Origin: a virus
Length of the DNA: 32,000 nucleotides
Direction: 5' to 3' (one strand)
IMG/VR virus record: IMGVR_UViG_3300037608_000250
Coordinates: 2,590-34,589 of that record
In this document: piece by piece, positions 15,888 through 22,070 of the stretch
Numbering within the stretch: position 1 is the first letter of the stretch
Layout: every line of letters begins with the position of its first letter
Position numbers and translations under genes: made by a program
Notes under the pieces: model-generated
The model's input: only the letters and a program-made list of their open reading frames with translations
Told to the model about the DNA's origin: nothing
Databases searched by the model: none

Positions 15888-16658
15888 ATGGTACGGCCGC
15901 TTCCGAAGAGTATTGCCCAGCATCTTGTTGAAGATGCTGGGCTCAATAATCCGGTAGACCTTTTCGCTTTCTGTGAATCCATCGAGATAAATACTGTTTT
16001 TTGTGATATTGATGCGGAAGCGCTTCTGGTATGTAAGGATGGGAAACGCAAAATCGTGTTAAAGAGAAATATTATTCCACCAAGAACGAGATTCTCGATT
16101 GCTCATGAATTGGGACATTTCTTTATTCCTTGGCATGTTCGCCTACTCTATCTCTGTAACGAAAAAGACATAATGCGCAACGGGGGCAAAATTGAAGAGA
16201 ACGAAGCGAATGCCTTTGCAGCAGAACTTCTAATGCCCGAAAGAATCTTAAAAGACAATAGGCTCACACAGTGTAATCTGGAAACGATCGGTTATTTATC
16301 GTCTATATGTAAAGTATCCATGACCGCAGCCGCAATTAGGTTAAATGATTGTGTTGATCAAGAAGTCGCGATCGTATTCTGTAAAGGCAAGGATGTACTG
16401 TGGACGAACGTTGGGAAGCTTTTTCCTGGACGGATAAGAAGAGAAAGGCCATATAGTGAAACAATAAAAGACTTGAAAACAGATTGCTTGCACTCACACT
16501 CACGCTCAAGAAAAATCCGTGGTCAATCCTGGCTTTTAAACTATCCGGACGCAACTCTAACTGAGCAAATGATTCTTATGCCCGGTTTTGATGGTATACT
16601 GACAATCCTACGATTCGAAGATGCTGATGATTTTGAAGAAAAAGATCTTGATTGGTAA
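15888..16658 (+). CDS. ImmA/IrrE-family zinc metallopeptidase (Peptidase_M78-like)
   Basis: HEXXH box FSIAHELGHFFIPWH, followed by EANAFAAELLMP, typical of ImmA/IrrE. The start abuts the upstream stop (TAGATG). Confidence 0.8.
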   Translation: MVRPLPKSIAQHLVEDAGLNNPVDLFAFCESIEINTVFCDIDAEALLVCKDGKRKIVLKRNIIPPRTRFSIAHELGHFFIPWHVRLLYLCNEKDIMRNGGKIEENEANAFAAELLMPERILKDNRLTQCNLETIGYLSSICKVSMTAAAIRLNDCVDQEVAIVFCKGKDVLWTNVGKLFPGRIRRERPYSETIKDLKTDCLHSHSRSRKIRGQSWLLNYPDATLTEQMILMPGFDGILTILRFEDADDFEEKDLDW

Positions 16659-16752
16659 TTGCTGTTGGGTTTCGCAAAACGTCGCAGAATGTCGCACCCA
16701 AAAGTAGTAATATGATACCATCGGACCAACTGGGACGATGATTTAGAATCAT

Positions 16753-16781
16753 AGAGACCGAGCAGAAAACGCTCGGTCTCT
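16753..16781. terminator. Perfect 11-bp hairpin between convergent genes (probable bidirectional terminator)
   Basis: AGAGACCGAGC-agaaaac-GCTCGGTCTCT. The T-tracts are weak on both sides. Confidence 0.6.
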
Positions 16782-16826
16782 TCATGTTTCTATAAATATA
16801 GTGATATGCCAATAAGAAAGATGTGT

Positions 16827-17057
16827 TCATTCGACTTGCTTTCCTTGATCGTCATGCCAGTACACCCTGAAGCAACCGCTTTGGAATACACTATTATCCG
16901 GATAGGCTTTTTCAAGTTTTTTGATTGCCTCAAAGTCACTGCAACGTTCCATTTGATGTGACTTAGTGCTGAAGCAATTATCCAATGGGCCAGAGTCAAA
17001 TTGCGCATTTACTGCGTCTATAAAGGCGGGGACATTGGATGCAAACACGTAAAGCAT
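16827..17057 (-). CDS. Hypothetical 76-aa protein
   Basis: Strong GAGGAGG SD 7 nt upstream of the ATG. Low GC. The palindrome TTGCTTtAAGCAA (17081-17093) lies upstream. No family recognised. Confidence 0.6.
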   Translation of the reverse strand: MLYVFASNVPAFIDAVNAQFDSGPLDNCFSTKSHQMERCSDFEAIKKLEKAYPDNSVFQSGCFRVYWHDDQGKQVE

Positions 17058-17203
17058 AGCATTAGCCTCCTCTCATAATTGCTTTAAGCAAATCTTATCA
17101 CAAGAGGGTAAAGGATTTCTCCCCACATTCGGATGATAATCAGAAGCTATAATGCAAATCTATTTCATTATTGACATAACAGTACACAATTAAGGAGACA
17201 GAA

Positions 17204-17728
17204 ATGAGCAGAGTTGATGAAATGAAGAGATATATTGATCAAGCTGTACAAACCGCCTTTGAGGCAGGGCGGCTATCATACGCCCAAACTCAAAAGGATG
17301 CATACAAGGCGACAGAGCGAAGACTCTACGCTATCCCAATTCTGAAAGCCAGGCTGATAGAAGAGCAAGACCACCTTGCCGAACTAATCTCTTCACAGGC
17401 ACCAGAGAAGATCAGTCGTAGTCTGGATGTTGTGCGCCTTCGGCGAGGGGGGAGAAGACTTTCGGATGAGGATCTCTTGAAAGCACAGATCCAATACTCC
17501 GAATCCATGATCGCGAGCATGGAACACGAAATCGGCGAGGTAGAAAATGGGCTGGAGCGGATTCGGCCGGATTTCTATTATCGTACAGTGCCGATGAAGT
17601 ATTTCGATGGTTTGACGGATGATATAGCTGCAGAAATTCTAAAGTGCGATCCCAGTACAATTCGGCGCAATAGATCAAGATTGGTAAAGTATATTGCTAT
17701 ATGGTTTTATGGGGTAACGGCTTTATGA
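17204..17728 (+). CDS. Putative phage late-gene regulator (sigma-70 region-4-like HTH; ArpU/RinA-like)
   Basis: AAGGAGA SD. C-terminus YYRTVPMKYFDGLTDDIAAEILKCDPSTIRRNRSRLVKYI is a region-4-type HTH. Its position ahead of the packaging genes fits this role. Confidence 0.55.
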   Translation: MSRVDEMKRYIDQAVQTAFEAGRLSYAQTQKDAYKATERRLYAIPILKARLIEEQDHLAELISSQAPEKISRSLDVVRLRRGGRRLSDEDLLKAQIQYSESMIASMEHEIGEVENGLERIRPDFYYRTVPMKYFDGLTDDIAAEILKCDPSTIRRNRSRLVKYIAIWFYGVTAL

Positions 17729-17781
17729 TTGAATTTGGTTTTTGAAAGGATCTAGTATCGATATGCACCATAAAAAAAATA

Positions 17782-17790
17782 TGCTATTAT
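17782..17790 (+). promoter_or_regulatory. Extended -10-like element TGCTATTAT upstream of the four-gene island
   Basis: TGnTATTAT at 17782-17790 with no good -35. An alternative is TTGACT (17812-17817) with a weak -10. Low-confidence call. Confidence 0.25.
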
Positions 17791-17868
17791 GTTCTCGTTA
17801 GGATGATTATCTTGACTGTGTGGTCAGATTTCTCTGATTTATTTCAATTAAAATAGGAGGCAATTCAT

Positions 17869-18261
17869 ATGGGATCAACAGGTACGGGGAGATTTGGAAA
17901 TTATAGAATTGGATTAGCTTCAGGAGATGGTAAAAATTCAAAGGAAGATTCTATGAGTACTAAAGAGTTTATTTGTCCTGACAATATTGAGTTCATTCAA
18001 ATCGAGGATGTGGCGATTTCCGAATATTTTACAAAGCATAACAGCCTACCGGCGCAACACACTTCAGTAAGATTGAAAAGAGCTCTTGAATTCGGCAGAC
18101 TTGTTATCGAAACATCAGAAAGCTCAGAAACAATTGGTAATTTGCCAACGCAGTATAATTATCTCCTTGAGTGTATCTATAGAGGGAAGACATATTCGGG
18201 TCAGGTTTTAGCATCTGGAGTTGATCCCATCCCATATGTGGTGGTGAATTTGAGTGCATAA
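17869..18261 (+). CDS. Hypothetical 130-aa protein with a Gly-rich N-terminal tail; first gene of the island operon
   Basis: AGGAGG SD 8 nt upstream. MGSTGTGRFGNYRIGLASGDGKNSKE is followed by a compact domain. No family recognised. Confidence 0.65.
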   Translation: MGSTGTGRFGNYRIGLASGDGKNSKEDSMSTKEFICPDNIEFIQIEDVAISEYFTKHNSLPAQHTSVRLKRALEFGRLVIETSESSETIGNLPTQYNYLLECIYRGKTYSGQVLASGVDPIPYVVVNLSA

Positions 18262-19576
18262 TCGACGGATCCTAGTTGTTGGCGAAGTTTTTGTTGATCT
18301 CCATCTCGATTTGTTAAGTGGACATAGTCCACTGGCAAGACTGGGTGGTATTTTTCATACCGCAAGAGCCTTGTCGACTTATAAACTTGAATTCGCGCTG
18401 GCCCACATTTCACCCGATTACCTTGACGAAGACATTAATCTTTACAGTTGTAAGCTAAATAGCATTGGATGCTATAGAATCGGAATAATTAGAAAAGCCA
18501 CAAACATACTACTTGTTTCTGATTCAAAGGAGGTTGGCTTTCAAGGGTACTATAATGTTCTTAAGGATCAAGCAGAGTATATAAACGACATGGATTTCCG
18601 ACAAGTTCTTTGTCGAGTCAAACCCACTGACGTTATTCTTTTTCCTGGACGGTACGACACAATTAGGGTGCTGAATGAATTAAAAAATTTTGATGCCAGT
18701 TTGCATATTGACTGCCACTATGATAGTGATAATCTTTTAACAGAGTTTAACGGAAATATCTCTACTTTATTTCTGTCAACATCAGCAGATATTTTCCGTA
18801 ATACATGCAACGGAAATCTCGAAAAAATACTGGATTTCTATTCTCGAAATAACATAGAAAGAATAGTTGTAAAAGAGAGTCGAGGGGGATCATTCTGTTA
18901 TGATTATGCAACAAAAGACATCCATGAAGCACCCGCTTTTCACGTCCACACAATGCACTCTGTTGGAGTTGGAGATGTATTTGATGCTTGTTTCGTTGGA
19001 TATTTAGACAATTATGACATTCAGAACAGAATGAAGCTTGCATCTTATTGTGCTGCCCAATATGCTGCGACATTATCATTCGAATGCTTTCAGGAATCTG
19101 TGCAATCAATTTGTGGACATGAAAAAGAGATCTTATCTCTTCAAGGTATCAGACTATCGTGGGATGATAGGGGCAAAAAAAATATCTATATTGCCGCGCC
19201 AGATTTTCCGGATGTTGATACAAGTTTATTGGACAAACTAGTCGAATGCTTAGAGTATCATAACTTCAGACCCCGACTTCCAATAAGAGAAAATGGCTTG
19301 GCAGATAAATCAATCAGCATTGAAGATGAATTTAAACTCTATAAAAAAGATATCGCTTTGCTTCAAGAATGTGATCTTCTAATAGCCGTTTTGCTTTTTA
19401 ATGATCCTGGAACACTAGTTGAACTAGGGATGTTTAAACAAATGGGTAAACCAACAATAGTATTTGATCCATTTGGGATCTGCACCAATATGTTTGTTAA
19501 ACATACACCTGACTATTTGTGTGTATCGATTGAAGATGTGCTCGTTTCCTCATATATCTCTCTTCAAAGGAGATAA
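18254..19576 (+). CDS. Fusion protein: PfkB-family kinase domain + nucleoside 2-deoxyribosyltransferase/DNPH1-like domain
   Basis: N-terminal half: RILVVGEVFVD, LARLGGIFHTARAL and SVGVGDVFDACFVGY (PfkB GAGD box). C-terminal half (~19166-19573): KNIYIAAPDF and CDLLIAVLLFNDPGTLVELGMFKQMGKPTIVF (the NDT-type DxGTxxExG box). The GTG start overlaps the upstream ORF by 8 nt. Confidence 0.85.
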   Translation: MHNRRILVVGEVFVDLHLDLLSGHSPLARLGGIFHTARALSTYKLEFALAHISPDYLDEDINLYSCKLNSIGCYRIGIIRKATNILLVSDSKEVGFQGYYNVLKDQAEYINDMDFRQVLCRVKPTDVILFPGRYDTIRVLNELKNFDASLHIDCHYDSDNLLTEFNGNISTLFLSTSADIFRNTCNGNLEKILDFYSRNNIERIVVKESRGGSFCYDYATKDIHEAPAFHVHTMHSVGVGDVFDACFVGYLDNYDIQNRMKLASYCAAQYAATLSFECFQESVQSICGHEKEILSLQGIRLSWDDRGKKNIYIAAPDFPDVDTSLLDKLVECLEYHNFRPRLPIRENGLADKSISIEDEFKLYKKDIALLQECDLLIAVLLFNDPGTLVELGMFKQMGKPTIVFDPFGICTNMFVKHTPDYLCVSIEDVLVSSYISLQRR

Positions 19577-19583
19577 CTAATTA

Positions 19584-20219
19584 ATGGATAATTACGATGG
19601 CCTCTTATTAGCTTCTGGTGGCATGGATTCAACCGTTTTGTCTTATGATTTAAACGAGAAGGGGGAGAATATCCTACTATTATTCCTTGATTATGGTCAA
19701 CACTGCATGAAACAAGAGTATGATACATTACTTCAAGTTGTACCGGAAACCTATAGAGAACATATAAAGGTTTTGAATATTAGTGATATATATTTTGGGT
19801 CAAACTCCAGAATGATAAAAGAAGCTGATCTATGGAAGGAACAAGTTGTAGCAGATGACTTATACTTACCGTATCGGAATTTGCTCTTTATCTCCATTGC
19901 ATCTGCCTTTGCACAATCGAAAGGCATAAAGAAAGTATACTCTGCCTTTATAAACAGTAACCATGCGAAAGAAATTGATTGTTCAATGCAGTTTTTTACT
20001 GAGCTGGAAATGATATTAAGAAGTTATGGGTCGATTAAGCTTTGTATGCCCTATCGCGAAATGTCAAAAACTCAAGTTGCTAAACTTGGCTTAAAACTAG
20101 GTGCCCCGATTTGTTTGACATATTCGTGTCAAGTTAACTCACATAGACCATGCGGAGCATGCCCAAATTGTGTTGATAGAATCGAAGCCTTGAATAATGT
20201 AGTTCTTGGTAGAGAGTAA
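19584..20219 (+). CDS. QueC-like PP-loop ATP-pyrophosphatase family protein
   Basis: LLASGGMDSTVLSYDL (SGGxDS), LFLDYGQH, YLPYRNLLFISIA, and C-terminal SCQVNSHRPCGACPNCVDR (a C-x7-C-x2-C-x2-C zinc site). AAGGAG SD. Confidence 0.85.
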   Translation: MDNYDGLLLASGGMDSTVLSYDLNEKGENILLLFLDYGQHCMKQEYDTLLQVVPETYREHIKVLNISDIYFGSNSRMIKEADLWKEQVVADDLYLPYRNLLFISIASAFAQSKGIKKVYSAFINSNHAKEIDCSMQFFTELEMILRSYGSIKLCMPYREMSKTQVAKLGLKLGAPICLTYSCQVNSHRPCGACPNCVDRIEALNNVVLGRE

Positions 20220-20869
20220 TGGATAATACTTGTTTAAATAAATATGTTATTCTATTAAGTGACTTTATATTAAGTATTGAGACTGATTTTATTCCGTTTG
20301 ATGATCAATCTCCGTATTATCATATGGGAGCAACTCTTACTGATTCCATTTTGCAAGCAGGCATCAATTATAAACATGTTGTTTTGCCACGAGTTAATAA
20401 GTTGCTTACTCAATACTCAAGTTTTAATACAACATGTGATTTTATTATACTCATGGATATGATACCACTTGAAGAGCTGATTAATTGGAAGAATAAAGAG
20501 AAGCTTGTTCGAATCGAAGAATTGACATGGTTAATGTATAGAAATGGTATTAACAATGAGAATGAGCTTGCTGAATGGTTGTCCATATCAGATAATTTGG
20601 AGGAATTAATCAGAATAAAAGGTGTCGGGCCTAAAACTGTTGACTATATATGTATGCTGGCAGGCATACAGTCTTTTGCCATAGATAGACATCTATATAG
20701 CTTTCTTGAAATGTCAGGAATTTATATAAAGACGTATCAGGAAGCCATCAGAATATATACTGCAACATCTGAATACTTAAACATTAACAAGTACCAGCTT
20801 GACAAAAATATTTGGACATATATGTCAACAAAAAATCCGCAAGTAGCAAATAACATCGATAGTTTTTAA
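20219..20869 (+). CDS. HhH-GPD superfamily DNA glycosylase-like protein (EndoIII/OGG-like, no Fe-S Cys cluster)
   Basis: LTDSILQAGINY... then LIRIKGVGPKTVDYICMLAGIQSFAIDRHLYSF. The hairpin-helix GVGxKT retains the Lys and the downstream Asp is retained. The ATG overlaps the upstream TAA (TAATG). Confidence 0.75.
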   Translation: MDNTCLNKYVILLSDFILSIETDFIPFDDQSPYYHMGATLTDSILQAGINYKHVVLPRVNKLLTQYSSFNTTCDFIILMDMIPLEELINWKNKEKLVRIEELTWLMYRNGINNENELAEWLSISDNLEELIRIKGVGPKTVDYICMLAGIQSFAIDRHLYSFLEMSGIYIKTYQEAIRIYTATSEYLNINKYQLDKNIWTYMSTKNPQVANNIDSF

Positions 20870-20938
20870 ATGCGGGTCCTTCCAAGGGTGGAGGGGCATG
20901 CGGGGCTGGCGACTCCCGGAATATCTCTCGCTCTGATA

Positions 20939-20968
20939 AAAAAAGCGGAAGCACTTCCTTCCGCTTTT
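20939..20968 (+). terminator. Rho-independent terminator closing the island operon (A-run/T-run flanks, so possibly bidirectional)
   Basis: AAAAAA-GCGGAAG-cacttc-CTTCCGC-TTTT. Confidence 0.7.
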
Positions 20969-21239
20969 ACTACGCGCAAACTCCCTGCTATAGGCAAATT
21001 CAGAATTGAAAAGCGGAAATGACTAAGCAAACTCTCATACAATTTGGGATGATCTATCTCACAGATCAGCCGGCGCAGATATCCCAAAGTAGAAATCGTT
21101 CTCTGCGTGTATCAGTTGGCCATAGTTCTTTGTTTCTGGTATTTCGTTCTATACTGTGCTAGAATTGGGCAATTGAGCAAAACGGTAGTCTTTATTTAAA
21201 AAACAAAGCCAAGATCATAGATATTATGCTTAAAAGTTA

Positions 21240-21268
21240 TTGCGCATTAGTGCAAATTGGAATATAAT
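21240..21268 (+). promoter_or_regulatory. Sigma-70-type promoter with an overlapping imperfect palindrome (TA operator candidate)
   Basis: TTGCGC (21240-21245), a 17-nt spacer, then TATAAT (21263-21268). TTGCGCattaGTGCAA spans the -35. It lies 28 nt upstream of the toxin ATG. Confidence 0.55.
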
Positions 21269-21295
21269 ATAGACGATTCGGAGGGGTAATTCGGG

Positions 21296-21667
21296 ATGTT
21301 TCGCATAAACTTTTATGCAGATGCGAATGGAAGGCAGCCTGTAAAAGAATATCTGGATGATTTACGAAGCTCTTCCGAGACGAACAAAGATGACAGAATC
21401 AGATTGAAAAAGATAACTGAGTACATGGATGTACTCGCCGCAAACGGAACCAGAGCTGGAAAACCCTATGTTGAGCATATTGACGGGGATATCTGGGAAC
21501 TGCGTCCGCTTAGCACAAGGATCTTCTTCTTTTGCTGGTTAGGCGATAAGTTCATAATGCTGCATCATTTCGAAAAGAAGACAAGAAAAACACCTGAGCG
21601 AGAGAAAGAAAAGGCAAAACGCGAAATGAAGGACTTCATCCAAAGGAGTGAGAAACGTGAGAAATAA
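21296..21667 (+). CDS. Phage Gp49-like (DUF891) RelE/HigB-family toxin
   Basis: GRQPVKEYLDDL...GKPYVEHIDGDIWELRP...RIFFFCWLGDKFIMLHHFEKKTRKTPEREKEKA is the classic Gp49-family pattern. GGAGGGG SD. Confidence 0.85.
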   Translation: MFRINFYADANGRQPVKEYLDDLRSSSETNKDDRIRLKKITEYMDVLAANGTRAGKPYVEHIDGDIWELRPLSTRIFFFCWLGDKFIMLHHFEKKTRKTPEREKEKAKREMKDFIQRSEKREK

Positions 21668-21956
21668 AGTCGTGTCCCCTATTGGAGACGATTGGAGCGA
21701 ATACAGAGAGACTCTCTTGACACCTGAGGAGCGGGCAGAAATTGATGTCAAGGTCGCTATTATAAGCATGCTCATCCAAGCACGACAAGATAAGGGCATT
21801 ACCCAAAAACAACTGGAGCAGATTAGCGGCGTCAAGCAACCTGTGATTGCCCGACTTGAAAAAGGCAAAACAGACCCGCAACTCTCGACACTGATCAAAG
21901 TATTGGCTCCTTTGGGCAAAACGGTAGCCATTGTGCCACTTCCGGTAGAGCATTAA
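21657..21956 (+). CDS. XRE-family HTH antitoxin (HigA-like)
   Basis: ARQDKGITQKQLEQISGVKQPVIARLEKGKTDPQLSTLIKVLAPLG. I prefer GTG 21657 (GGAG SD 9 nt upstream). It overlaps the toxin's 3' end. Confidence 0.8.
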   Translation: MRNKVVSPIGDDWSEYRETLLTPEERAEIDVKVAIISMLIQARQDKGITQKQLEQISGVKQPVIARLEKGKTDPQLSTLIKVLAPLGKTVAIVPLPVEH

Positions 21957-21961
21957 ACGCC

Positions 21962-22004
21962 GCGCAAAGTGAACGCACAAAAACTGCACAAGACAATCGC
22001 ACAA
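21962..22004. repeat. Four phased GC(A/G)CAA repeats between the TA pair and terS
   Basis: GCGCAA 21962, GCACAA 21975, GCACAA 21986 and GCACAA 21999, spaced 13, 11 and 13 nt apart. Candidate protein-binding array (cosB-like or activator site). Confidence 0.35.
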
Positions 22005-22041
22005 ACCTAAGATATACTGCCAATAGAATAGAAAAACTATC

Positions 22042-22070
22042 AAAAAGCCGGGCGAAAGCCCGGTTTTGTT
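22042..22070 (+). terminator. Rho-independent terminator 14 nt upstream of the terS start
   Basis: AAAAA-GCCGGGC-gaaa-GCCCGGT-TTTGTT. Confidence 0.65.

Noticed and set aside
18254-19576. The PfkB ORF as an ordinary sugar kinase (ribokinase/fructokinase) of carbohydrate metabolism.
   Set aside because: It is fused to an NDT-like domain and translationally coupled to QueC-like and glycosylase genes inside a prophage island. There are no transporter or sugar-catabolic neighbours.
17869-20869. The island as an instance of type IV CBASS, QatABCD or a dpd/phage 7-deazaguanine DNA-modification cluster.
   Set aside because: The signature partners are absent from the operon and from the whole window: no CD-NTase/effector and TGT-like gene, no QatA ATPase/TatD, and no DpdA/TGT with FolE-QueD-QueE. 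Only the QueC-like and OGG/EndoIII-like parts are shared. HMM-based tools should still be run to confirm this.
20866-21087. A 73-aa minus-strand ORF in the gap after the island.
   Set aside because: It runs straight through the hairpin terminator at 20939-20968. It has a TTG start without an SD and a low-complexity sequence.
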